From NCBI RefSeq assembly GCF_004010195.1, contig NC_057760.1, positions 4,494,488 through 4,555,268 on the forward strand: a DNA stretch of 60,781 nucleotides. Reading direction: 5' to 3'. Below the pieces are notes generated by a model. It saw only the letters and a list, made by a program, of their open reading frames with translations, was not told the DNA's origin and searched no databases. The translations under genes were made by a program, and so were the position numbers. This stretch comes from Chiloscyllium plagiosum. Taxonomy: Eukaryota. Below, one piece after another: positions 49,151 to 60,781 of this stretch. The stretch's first letter is position 1, and every line of letters begins with the position of its first letter.

Positions 49151-51692
49151 TTTTAAAATGTTCCTCCTCTGCCAAACCAACTTGCTCCAATCCATCTCTC
49201 CAAGGTCCTCCAGTCCCTCCCATCTTTTACCTCCATTCAACCTCATTGTTCATCTTGTTCACTCTTTGACTCAAAATGGTAACAGTCTGCTCTGCTCTAA
49301 TTAATTCACATGTGCCTGACACACACACGACCCCATTCTGAACATTCTTGGCACCAAATGCAATATTTGTTTTTGCTAAACAAACATTCTCCAAGTGGTT
49401 CCCAGAGGACAATCACTCACTGAAGGCCAGAGAGCTTAGTCAGAGCTGAGTTTAGAGATGGAAAGCGTGGGACTGGGGGAGTGCACTGGGAGTGGGGGAA
49501 GGGAAGACACAGAGAGATGAAGACAGAAAGAGAGAGGGATAGAAAAAGAGGGGGAGAAAACACTTCCTGCTGTTCTTCTGCATTGATAACTTTGAAAATG
49601 TAGAGAAATCTCATGTTAGTCTTGACTATTTCCAGGTAAACTTCATAAGATTAATTGGCAACTCAACGCTTAGGAACCGATTGCTCAGAACCAACAACTC
49701 AAGGTTCAGCTTGTATATCCCAGTCCATCCTGATTCGGTGTGTCTGTCCCGACCCACTCCAAATTCAGTCTAAGAATCTTGATTCGCTCTGGGTTCACTG
49801 GGAAGGAGTAGTTCATTTATGCTGTGTTTAATTGTCCAATGCTATAGAATTCTCTGTAAATAAACTCCTGGTAAAGTTTAGCTAACCATTTCTCCAGTCC
49901 CTATCTAACAGACCTTGAGTACGTGGTAAATGGAGGCAATTCACTCAACATCTAGCCAAACAAATCTCTTTCCTGCAACTATGATCATCAAACAGCTCCT
50001 CATATCCTTGAGAGATGGCACTTTGTAAATGCTGCCTGCCAGTCTGGCACAAAGCAATTATCCTGACCAAGAAAAGGCTGGTACACAGTTCCCATGTGAT
50101 GCAATAAATACACAGAGCTTCTACAGACTGACACTAAAACATGCTTCATTACTGTTCCTTGACCCTGTCCCACAACACTTTGGTCTGTCTCTCACTTTGT
50201 ACAAAGAAAGAATGCTCACTGATCCTTCCAGCACCACCTGGATTTATGTTGGTCAAGATTGATAAAAAAAGTAAAAATTAATCTAAAACTTGTAATTATA
50301 AAAACCATTTTTAAAAATGCTGAAGGTGAGGTTGCAAGTAGGACAAGAGGCTACACTCATCAGCTCCTGAACATCTCTCCCTTTTAATCTCAGCAACTCC
50401 CTGCCCCCACCCCCCATGTCCCATTTTCTTCACGATTCACCCTGTTCTTCCACCCTAAGCTTCTGACTCTCATCCTTTATAATATCCAGGTGAGATAATA
50501 AAGAACAGATCTGTGAATTTGATCACATCTCAGTTTGGAAAGATTAAACATGCGAGGTAGAAGTCTGAAACATGAAACATTTGCAGGCTTGCCCATATGA
50601 ACTGCAGGTGCCTACAGACCTGTCGATGTAAATGCCAAGATTCCGCTAGGCAGCTGAGCATTAACCCTTACATCAGCAGTGGCACCACTGTACAGTTACT
50701 GCCCTGGATTTGCCTGCTGTATCTTGTGGCTTGAAGCCAACTTCTATAAACAGATGTGGTCTTCAATTAAACAACACACCCCCGGGTCCTTACAGCCCAC
50801 ATATTAGTTCCAGAATTTAATAATCAACCATTAATTACTTTAAACAATCCCACAATCTTTTCCAATACAAAAAAACAGATGGCCAAGCTATACAGGTTAA
50901 ACAAATTGTTCAGATTTATTTAAACATTAAGTGTTACAAAGGCCAAAGGGTTTAGCAAAATAACCAATAAAGACCAGACAGACAATAAGATTTGAATCAG
51001 TCTGCAAGTGTTGTCTATCCCATTATTGACTGGTGGGTCTTGATTGTCTGTCATACACAATGATACCTTTGGATGAAATGACACTGTCATCTGTAGACTT
51101 GTAATCAAAGGTATTGAGCAGAGACAACACATAATCTAGTCTCTGTTATTTAAAATAAAGCTTAATGCTTGAGCTGCAATTCTCACCAGGACACAATTCT
51201 TGTTGAAAACATTTTGTTTCAAGTAAATAAAGTGTATAACAGATCCTGGACCTTGTAAGGACAGGTGCTTATTTCTGGATTGCGCATTTATTCCCCTACA
51301 AGGAATGTCCTCCCCAATTCTGGAATCCATTCGACTGACTCAGTATTCAGATATCGGGAAGTTATCCAGCTCCTGTCTCTGTCATTCCACAGATTTCCGA
51401 ATGTAAAGTCAGCCAATCTGTCAACAGTGCAATTCTTAATATAATTACAATGGAAGGCTGAAACAATACTTTGTGAATTTGGTTATAGCGTAGATGTTTT
51501 GTGACTCACCAAACTTTTCAGAAAATGAAGAAAACATTTAGCTGGAATCCATTGTTTGCTCCATAATCACAAGATCAATCAGATGCTCCAAAGTCACCCA
51601 GCCGCGTTCGCAGAATTATCACTTCGTTATTGACAATTAGCTTAAATGTTTGTATGTTTGTATAGACAGGCATGAATTAGGAAACTATTGCG

Positions 51693-53943
51693 TCCCAATC
51701 TGCTAGTTGCAGAGCCATCTGTCCATGACAGTATTGGTAAAAGTGACCATTGCACTGTCCTTGTGCAGTTGAAGTCCCGCCTTCACATTGAGAATAACCT
51801 CCATCATGTTGTGTGGCACTATCACTGTGCTGAATGGGACAGACTTCGAACTGATCTAGCAGTTCAAGACTGAGTATCTATGAGGGTCTGTGGGCCATCA
51901 GCAACAGCAGAATTGTACTCCAGCACAATCTGCAACCTCATGGCTTGGCATATCCCCCACTCAACCATTACCATCAAGACAGGGGATCAATCCTGGTTCA
52001 ATGGATACTACAGGAGGGCATGCCAGGAGCAGCATCAGGCATACCTAAAAATGAGGTGTCAACCTGGTAAAGCTACCGAACAGGACTACTTGCCAAACAG
52101 CATAAGCAGTGAGTGATAGAAAGAGCTAGGTAATCCCACAACCAGTGCATCAGATCTAAGCTCTGCAGTCCTTCCACACCCAGTTGTGAATGGTGATGGA
52201 CAATTAACTAACTTACTGGAGGAGGCAGCACCACAAATATCCCGATCCTAAGTGATGGAGGTGCCCAGCACATCAGAGCAAAAGATAAGGCTGATGCATT
52301 CGCAACAATCTTCAGTCAGAAGTGTCAAGTGGATGATCCATCTCGGGGTCCTCCAGTGGTCCCCAGCATCATAGATACCAGTCTCCAGCTAATTCGATTC
52401 ACTTCATGTAATATCAAGAAACGACTGGAGGCACTGGATACTGAAAAGGCAATGGGCCCTGACAACATTCCGGCAATAGTACTAAAGATGTGTACTCCGT
52501 GTGCTCCAAAACTTGCTACTCCCCTGGCCAAACTGTTCCCATACAGTTACAACACTGGCATCTACCCAACAATGTGGAGAATTGCGCAGGTATGTCCTGT
52601 ACATAAAAAGCAGGACAAATCCAACTCGGCCAATTACCGCCCAATCAGTCAACTCTCCATCATCAGTAAAGTGATGGATTGGTTCAGCAACAGAGCTATC
52701 AAGCAGCACCTGCTCAGTAACAAACTGCTCAGTGACATCCAGTTTGGGTTTCGCCAAGGCCACTCAGCTGCTGAGCTGATTACAGCCTTGGTTCATACAT
52801 GGACAAAAGAGCTGAATTCCAGAGGAGAGGTCAATCCTTGACATCAATGAGCCCTGGCAAAACTGGAATCAATGGATATCGGGGGTAAACACTCCATTGG
52901 TTAGTCATACTTGGCACAAAGGAAGATGGTTGTAGTTGTGGAGGGTTAGTCATCTCAGCAGAAATCCTCATTGTGTTCTAGACCCAATAAATCTTTAGCT
53001 GCTTCATCAATGACCTTTCCTCTGTCATAAGGTCAGAAGTGGGGATGTTCACCAATGATTGCACAGTGTTCAGCACCATTCGTGACTCCTCAGATACTGA
53101 GGAGCCCATGTTCAAATGCAACGAGGTCTGGACAGTATCCAGGCTTAGGCCGACAAGTGGCAAGTAACATTTGCACCACACAAATGCCAGACAATGACCA
53201 TCACCAATAATAGACACTCTAACCACTGTTCCTTGACATTCAACGGTATTACCATCACTGAATCCTCCACTGTCAACATGCTTGACGTTACCGTTGACCA
53301 GAGACTCAACTGGCCCCACCACATAAACACAGTGGCTACAAAAGCAGGTCAGAGACTAGGGATACTGCAGCAAGTAACTCACCTCCTGACTCCCAAAGTC
53401 AATCCACCATCTACAAGGCACAAGTCAGGAGTGTGATGTAATACTCCCACTTGCCCTGGATGGGTGCAGCTCCAACAACACTCAAGAAGCTTGACACCAC
53501 CCAGGACAAAGTAACCCGCTTGATTGGCATCACATTTACAAACTTGCAATCCCTCTACCACTGGCGCTCAGTAGCGGCAGTGTGTACTATCTACAAGATG
53601 CATTGTAGAAAATCACCAAAGATCCTTGGACAGCACCATCCAAACCCACGATCACTTCCACCTAGAAGGACAAGGGCAGCATGTAGTTGGGAACACCAGC
53701 CCCTGCAAGTTCCCCTCCAGGCAACTCACCACCCAGACTTGGAAATATACCACCGTTCCTTCACAGTCATTGGGTCAAAATCCTGGAATTCCTTCCTAAT
53801 GGCATTGTGGGTCTACCCACAGCAGGTGGCCTGCAGTGGTTCAAGAAGGCAGCTCACCACCACCTTCTCAAGGGCAAATAGGGATGGGCTATCAATGCTG
53901 GCCCAGCCAGTTACGTCCAATCCCACAAATGAATTTAAAAAAA
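51693..53943 (+). mobile_element. CR1/L2-group LINE (second family), ORF2 from the endonuclease end through RT to the A-rich tail; frameshifted
   Basis: IGKSDH, KAMGPDNIP, ANYRPISQLSIISKVM, QFGFRQGHSA, KAGQRLGIL; tail gaatttaaaaaaa. Confidence 0.92.
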
Positions 53944-54096
53944 TACTAATGGTGTATGACAGAAGAGATGGCGACTAAATCTGCTGACAATACAAGATAG
54001 GTAGGAAAACAAGTTGGGAAGAGGACATAAGGAAGCTACAAAGAGATATACACTGTAGATAGGTTGAGTGAGTGGGAAAAGATCCGGCAAACAGTA

Positions 54097-54397
54097 TAAA
54101 TTCCCTACAGTATGAAAACAGGCCATTTGGCCCAACAAGTCCACACCAACCCTCTGAAGAGTGACCCACCCAAACCCATTCCCCTACCTAATGCACCTAA
54201 TACTATGGGCAATTTAGCATGGCTAATTCACCTGACCTACACGTTTGGATTGTGGGAGGAAATCAGAGCACCTGGAGGAAACCCACACAGACACAGGGAG
54301 AACGTGCAAACTCGACACAGTCACTCAAGGCAGGAATTAAACCTGGGTCCCTGGCACTATGAGACACAGTGCTAACCACTGAGCCACTGTGCCATCC
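54097..54397 (-). mobile_element. HE1-like SINE
   Basis: Same structure as the other copies. Confidence 0.9.
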
Positions 54398-54606
54398 ACA
54401 TAATGTAGAAAATGCAGCAGATGCAAAATCCATATAATTAGGAAAAAATGAACTTGCCTACTTTGGCAGAAAGAATAAAAGACATATTATTTAAATGGTG
54501 AGAAGTTGCAAACTCAGATCAAAGGGATCTGGATGTTCTTGTGCATCAATGGCAGAAGATTTGTTTGCTGGTGCAGCAAATAATTAGGCAATTTAATTTT
54601 TTGATG

Positions 54607-54919
54607 ATTAGATTAGATTCCCTACAGTGTGAAAATAGGCCCTTCGGCCCAACAAGTCCACACCGACCCTCCAAAGAGTAACCCACCCAAATCCATTTTC
54701 CTGTGACTAATGCACCTAACACTACGGGCAATTTAGCATGGCCAATTCACCTAACCTACACATCTTTGGATTGTGGGAGGAAACCGGAGCATCCAGAGGA
54801 AACCCACGCAGACACGGGGAGAATGTGCAAACTCCAATAGTTGCCCGAGGTTGGAATCAAGCCTGGGACTCTAGGGCTGTGAGGCAGCAGTGCTAACCAC
54901 TGAGCCATCATGTCACCCC
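54607..54919 (-). mobile_element. HE1-like SINE
   Basis: Same structure as the other copies. Confidence 0.9.
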
Positions 54920-56229
54920 GTGTTAGGGAATCGATTACAAAAGTAGGGAGTTATACAGGGTACCGATGACACCACATCTTGAGCATCATATTGGTCACCT
55001 CTTTTAACGAAAGATGATAAAATGTCGGTGTCAGTTCAGAGAGGGGTTAATCGGGAAATCCCTGGAATGGATTTTATGAGGAAAGATTGGATGGGTTGGG
55101 ATTGGCATCTGCTGGAGTTTACAAGAGCATGAGGCAACATGATTGAAGCAGAGATGATCCTGAGGCATTGGGGCGGGGGGATGTGGGGAGGATGTCTCAG
55201 CTTGTGGGAGAATCTAGAACTAGGAATAACTGTTTAAAAGAAAGCAGTTGTCCATTTAAGACAGAGATAAGGAGAAACATCTTTCTTACAGTGCTTGTGA
55301 GTCTATGGAGCTTTCTCAAAAGGCAGTGGAAGCAAAGGTCCTGAATATTTTTTATGGCAGAGATGGATAGATTTTTGATAAACAAGTGGGAGTGTGAATG
55401 GTTATTGGAGGATGATGGGGTACATAGAAATGTAGAGTAATCAAATGAACAATGAACTTATTTCTCACGAGAGACCAAATGGTCTAATTCTGTTCCTTAT
55501 TCATATTCTCCCGTGTACAACAGTCCAGAGCATCAGCACCCAACACAACATCCACTGAGGTCCCAGGGACAGGTGATGGCAACATCAACACTCCAAAAAC
55601 CAGCTTCTGGAACTGTGTACTTCAGAACACTTGCAAAAACAGCTTTTCCAGCACTGGCTGGTTGAAAGCCCAGGGTTTTACAGGAGCCGGTACAGAGTAC
55701 CCAACATAGGACAGTTCCCATTAAGAAAACAAAAAGAGGAAGGTACAGAAGAAAGGGATTGAATTATTTTCAAGAATTGATTCTGTAATCTATTGCAATG
55801 CAATATTTATTTATAAAATAAATCTTTGGAAAGCTCGGCGAACAGAACCACAACAACGAGCACCCGAGCTACAAATCTTCTCACAAACTTTGAATACAAT
55901 TTTAAATATTTATAAATCTTAAAACTAAATTCAGTTCTGTCACGTTGTCTTTCTCCCGTATGGGATAATGTGCTGTCACTGCAGAGACCCTGATCTCTGC
56001 CTTATATCAGACTTTTGTGCTTTTTCAGCAGTGGTGAGTAATATTGTTTTTGCTACTCCCCACAGAAAACCTGCAGAGATTCAACTTGAATCCTGATGAG
56101 TGATAGTTTCAGTTTGAATAATAAGGTAATAAATTAAATGAAGTGAAGACAAAAATCTCTACGCTTGTCATGGTACCTCTGTCATGGTCAGTCACAATGG
56201 AGTCCAATTTGGGGGTTCAAAAATCTATG

Positions 56230-57760
56230 TTGGTTTTTTAGAGCAGCACATTCTGCTACCATCTTGAAAGCATTCTACAAACTCTTCATCCAGATTTTTC
56301 CTGCCAAACTGATTTTTCCAGTTTATATGTAGATTAACATCATCTGTGATCATTGCTGTCCCCTTTTCACAAGTGCTTAATATTTCTTGTATGTTTTGTC
56401 CCACGGTGTAGTTATTGTTAGGGGACTGATAGAGCACTCCCACGAGTAACTTCCTTCCTGTGCCATCCTTGATTAACAGTGTTAGCCCTCCACCTTTACC
56501 AAGCTTCCTGTTCTTTTTTGAGGGTCATGTACAGTTGAATATCCAGGACCCAACCTTCGTCATCCCGTAGCTACATCTCTATAATAGCTTACATCATCTC
56601 ATTTATTTACTTCAATGTGCACCATCAATTTGTTTACTTGCTATGAATGCTGCATGCATTCAGATATAGACTATTTAATTTTGCTTTTTTATTGTTGTAA
56701 CATCTTATCTTGACTGTTGATGCATTCTGAGATGTATTCTTTCTGCCTGTTCCTTCCATTCTCTGCCCACTACCTTGACTCAACCCCTGGATTTGCTACA
56801 CCTACTCAAGCTTTATCCTCACTCCCACTGTTTAGTATAAAACTCTCTCTACTTCCCTAGGTATAGAGATTGCCAGATGAAGTCTGTCCTATTGGTATAA
56901 ACCCCATTTCCCTAGTATGAGTTCCAGTAGTCCATGAATCGAAATGTACTTTTCCCAAACCAGTCCTTGAGCAGTGTATTAACTTCTTCCTGGCCTCTGT
57001 CAATTGGAATATGGTTCAGGATTATTACCTTTGAAGTTCTGCTCTTCAATTTGGTGCCTAGCTCCTAATAATGTCTAAGTAGAAACTCCTTCCTCGCCTC
57101 GCCAGTACCACTGGTACCTACATGGAACACAACGATTAGATCTTCTCCCTCCCACTCCAAATTCCACACTACCCTGAGCAGATGTCCTAAACTCTGGCAC
57201 CAGGCAGACAACACAGCCGCCTGGACTCACCCTCTTGGCTCCAGAGAATGGTATCTATTCCCTTCATTATATTAGCCTCTATTGCCACTATATTCGTTTT
57301 CACTCCCCCGCTTCTTGAAAGGCAACCAAAGTGTCCTGGTCAATGTGCTCCACCTCCCTACAGACCTTGTTTTTATCCATACAAGTGAAACATGTTGGAT
57401 CATTACACAGGCCGAGGCTCCTACATTATAAGTATCCTCCTAGCCCTTACCTGCCTCACTCATGATTCAATGGTCCTGACCCTTACTACTGGTGGAATTG
57501 GAGAGCCAAACCCTAAGGGGTGTGATTGTCTTTAGAACAAAGAATCATTGCACACATTGGGTGGATTCTAGGATATCTGGTATCTCTTCCTCTTGTCTAA
57601 TACATCATAATATTTTCAGTTCAGCCTCCAATTTAATGATTGAGTTGGATTCCCTGTAATTTTACACATTTACGGGAGAGGTGTTTGCCTTAGATTACTT
57701 TCAGATCCAGAAGCTCCCATGTCCCATGTTTGTCAGCCTGGTTCTCCATTGCCTTATCTA
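56230..57760 (-). mobile_element. Old CR1 5' portion (ORF1 region and endonuclease)
   Basis: ORF 56225-56443 GVLYQSPNN...EEFVECFQDG parallels 32831-33333. Upstream ggtacctacatgga and gcaccaggcagacaacac are typical of antisense CR1 ORF1. Confidence 0.7.
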
Positions 57761-58834
57761 ATTAGTTAAATGTAGTTGTTAATTTGATAAGTCATGTTAA
57801 ATTTTTATTATTTATCACAATTTTACTTTATCAATTAAATGCTATTACCATTTACAACTGAAAGTTATATGTTAACATTTAATTAGCTCACCCGACTCCT
57901 ATGATGTCACTCATTTTTCATTGTTTCTCAAGTTGAGCGCACACTGACTGCCAGCTGCTGTGGGTGAAGTGGGTGAAATGGTGCACTACGAAAAGGTCAA
58001 GAAAGAAAGAAGACATGTGGACCTCCTTCTATCACTTCACCAAAGTCTCAGGCTGACCAAACCCGCACGCTCTCTGAACTCACACAACTTCCACTCTGTG
58101 CCAGGTGCACTTAATGCTGGCTGCACTCAATATTGTTGATGTGACTTAGATGAGTCAGTTTGGCTCCATTATTGTTCAAGAACTTGTTTTAGCTAGCTCC
58201 TTAATTAATTAACTAAACAAGAGCTTCTCAAAAGAAATGGAACTGAGTTTCAAGCTCCACATCATATTAGTTACTAACAATGTCCTCAGACCCTCACACC
58301 AAGTGAAACCTCCTTCATGTTTCTGTCCAGGTTGGATTCCTTAACTCACTAAATTCCAAATGGTCTGAAGCTGAAAATATTTGAGCGACAATAGATCCAG
58401 GCACTTGTCTTTAAATTGCTCTCTCATCCTTCCATAACCAACGTGTACAACCTCCTCCAGTTTTACAAACCTCCTGTACATCACACCTCCTCACCCCACA
58501 ACTCACTCCTCAAATTCCTTCATATCTCCTTATTCCACTTTTAGAAATCTCCTCATCCATTCAACCAGATTTTCAAACACCTTTTTCAACCTGAACCCCA
58601 TGTCCAATGTTTGCTTTCTCTTCTCTCTGAAAGTCACAATTGGTGTTTATTGCAGAATTTCTGATGGGGATCCCCTGAACTATTTGACAGCAGTGAGAAC
58701 AGTTCCTCAGAGTTCAGACTGGAGGATATATTTCCAACTTGATTCCCAGCCTCAGAGAATTTCAAGTTCTCACAAAACCATTAAGCTGGGATGTTGTTAC
58801 ATCATCTTTTGGTGGGAGCTAATTATTCATGATG

Positions 58835-59485
58835 ATGGTGTCGTGGAGTTGAAGGCGTGTACTGTAACTTTAAGAGAGAGTGAAAGTTGATAAGCTAGCA
58901 AGCACCTGTCATGTGACTGAGTGCAGGCACAGAGCATTCTGGACAATTTGCAGATGCAATATTTGAGCCGTAAATCAGATAATAAGGTGTTTTCACAACC
59001 ATTCAAATTCAACCAATCAGTTTAAATTATGCCCCAAGATATTAAAATCCAATTGAATTTGTTTTGACAAAATCAAACCAATGAGACGATCTGATGTTTT
59101 GGGGTATAAAGAGCAGGCATTTTGAACCATTAGCTGGAAGACCAAAGATGATGCAGGAGAAATCTACAGACAGAGGAAGTTCAACACACAAAGATGGCAC
59201 CTGGTTTTGAAAATTGATTTGTTGTAAATTTAATAGGGGCTTTATTGGATCAAATATTGTCATAGAGTGAGAGGTAGATAAATCATTAAGACAAAGGAGG
59301 CTAACAGTTGTAGATAGTTGTTATTTAATTTTTTTTGAGTTAAAGTATAAATTGTTAATTTTTCTTTAAATAGTGGAATTTTGAGTAGTCCGCTGTCACT
59401 CATACTTTAACAATTTACGAGGTGAGGTGAGCTTTTCTGTATGTTTGGTTTAAATGAGCAGAAGGGTTTACCCTGTGTCATAAAA
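58835..59485 (+). mobile_element. Probable 5' LTR of a Gypsy-type retrotransposon
   Basis: Contains ggggtataaaga (TATA-like) and ends gtgtcataaaa. It is followed by a degenerate tRNA-Pro-like PBS (tttgggctcaggtctgtgat) and a gag-like ORF. The left boundary is uncertain. Confidence 0.5.
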
Positions 59486-59678
59486 GTGTTTGGGCTCAGG
59501 TCTGTGATTTGGACTGGTTTAGACACATCCAGTCTGAGATTTGGGTAAATCTGAACAGATAAAATCCCAGCAGATTTAAACACTTGCTGATTAGTGTCCA
59601 AGATCTTTAAATAAACCATAGGTGAGACAATTTGTTGAACTTCAGTTATTAGTGGTTGGTTAAATTAAAAGTGAGACA

Positions 59679-60510
59679 AATGGCTCTTAAAATTGCTAAA
59701 GAGGTTCTGGGGCTTGAAGATGATTTCCAAATTTGCCAAGAAAGTTTAGAAGGAAAGAAAAAGACCTCACTTCTAGAATTAGCAAAGAGGTTAGAATTGG
59801 GTTTACCCAAGGACAAAAGTAAAGCTGAAATTGGAAGGGAATTACTTAAGCAATTAGGTGTGTCAGAGAAACAGACAAGTGCCGTAGAGTTAGAAAAAAC
59901 TTGGGAGAGGGAAAGAGAAAGAAAGAGAGAAGAAAGTGGGAGAGAAAAAGAGATAGAAACATAGTTAGCAATGTCAAGTTAACAGAATGGAGATTAAAAG
60001 AGAAGGTAGTGATATGTACAAATATGTTAAACACTGCCACATTTTGATGAGAAAGTTGTCGAAACCTTCTTTATTTTATTTGAAAAACTGGCTAGGCAGA
60101 TGGAGTGGTCAGAGGACTTGAGGGTAATGCTAGTTCAGACTAAACTGGTAGACAGAACTCGTGAGGTATTTGCAACGATGTCAGATGAGGGGTCAAGAGA
60201 TTATGAAGAGGTCAAACAAGCTTTAGCTTCCGGCAAGAATTTCAATCTGTGAGGGTTAGAAGTTGGGAGAAGGGGAGATCCTACATTATGAAACCAAGAG
60301 TAGAGAATACTGGTAATTGTTTACAACAGGTTAAAAAAGAAACCCAAGAGGGTGGAAAGGAGGTGAAAGTCCTTGTGTATGTCCACTGTGCTAAAGTGGG
60401 ACACACAAAGTGCTGGCCGTTAAAGAAAGGCACTGTGGGAAAAGATAGTGGTAAAAGAAGCTAAGCCACTGGCATGAGTGAAAGTAGTAAAGGAAACCCC
60501 AAGAAGAGAT
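59679..60510 (+). mobile_element. Gypsy (Gmr1-like) gag pseudo-ORF, frameshifted and deleted
   Basis: KKKTSLLELAKRLELGLPKDKSKAEI; from 60034 LPHFDEKVVETFFILFEKLARQMEWSEDLRVMLVQTKL...SRDYEEVKQA; degenerate knuckle YVHCAKVGHTKCW. Confidence 0.75.
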
Positions 60511-60511
60511 G

Positions 60512-60781
60512 GAAATGTGTTGCTGGAAAAGCGCAGCAGGTCAGGCAATTTAACCAAGAAGAGATGGAAATGTGTTGCTGGAAAAGCGCAGCAGGTCAGG
60601 CAGCATCTAGGGAACAGGAGAATCGACGTTTCGGGCATTAGCCCTTCTTCAGGAATGAGGAAAGTTGGTCCAGCAGGCTAAGATAAAAGATAGGGAGGAG
60701 GGATGGAGAAGGGCTAATGCCCGAAACGTCGATTCTCCTGTTCCCTAGATGCTGCCTGACCTCCTGCGCTTTTCCAGCAAC
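60512..60781. mobile_element. Penelope-like family A inverted pair inserted in the Gypsy relic
   Basis: 75-bp arms 60574-60648 and 60707-60781 are reverse complements with one mismatch. A hammerhead core lies at 60621-60657 (-). Confidence 0.85.

Larger units (their letters stand above)
53950..55510 (+). mobile_element. Old CR1 3' portion interrupted by two HE1-like SINEs
   Basis: aaatctgctgacaatacaag, ctacaaagagatata, tattatttaaatggtgagaagttgc, atttaagacagagataaggaga. Confidence 0.8.

Noticed and set aside
51510..51620. Strong donor TTTG|gtgagt with upstream ATGs
   Set aside because: No clear acceptor, the frames are short or stopped (MDSS*), and there is no homology.
8409..54731. Recurrent small ORFs ending GELAMLNCP or starting MANSP
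   Set aside because: They are translations of the HE1-like SINE, not a gene family.
55533..55721. Cys-rich ORF as an upstream LTBP exon
   Set aside because: The Cys spacing fits no EGF, TB or LTBP N-terminal motif, and the splice sites are unconvincing.
55830..55895. CpG-rich 65-bp island in AT-rich DNA, possibly a third Penelope-like end
   Set aside because: Single short copy with no ribozyme core; it cannot be supported from the window alone.

Overview
Vertebrate genomic DNA, very probably from a shark (inferred from HE1-like V-SINEs and abundant CR1/HER1-like LINEs). The window lies inside one large minus-strand gene of the latent TGF-beta binding protein family, most similar to LTBP4. 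Four well-supported coding exons (36804-36974, 20496-20720, 9806-10062, 2584-2686) plus one probable upstream exon (44202-44374) splice in frame. They encode a basic linker, the 4-Cys domain, an EGF-like domain, a linker and the hybrid domain. The gene runs off the left end, and its long form probably starts beyond the right end. An in-frame ATG at 37029 predicts a short isoform whose signal peptide is encoded by the splice-acceptor tract of the long isoform. The 7-16 kb introns are packed with nested, decayed retroelements: CR1 LINEs, a second CR1/L2-group LINE, a Rex1/Babar-like LINE, nine HE1-like SINEs, a Gypsy relic and minisatellites. There are also several Penelope-like terminal repeats carrying minimal hammerhead-ribozyme motifs, often inserted as short inverted (fold-back) pairs. 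Three assembly gaps are present. Most ORFs in the supplied track are repeat-derived or spurious. I cannot demonstrate a wholly new system; the best leads are the ribozyme-bearing fold-back insertions and the dual-use acceptor/signal-peptide sequence. Family assignments rest on recalled motifs rather than database searches, and repeat boundaries are approximate.
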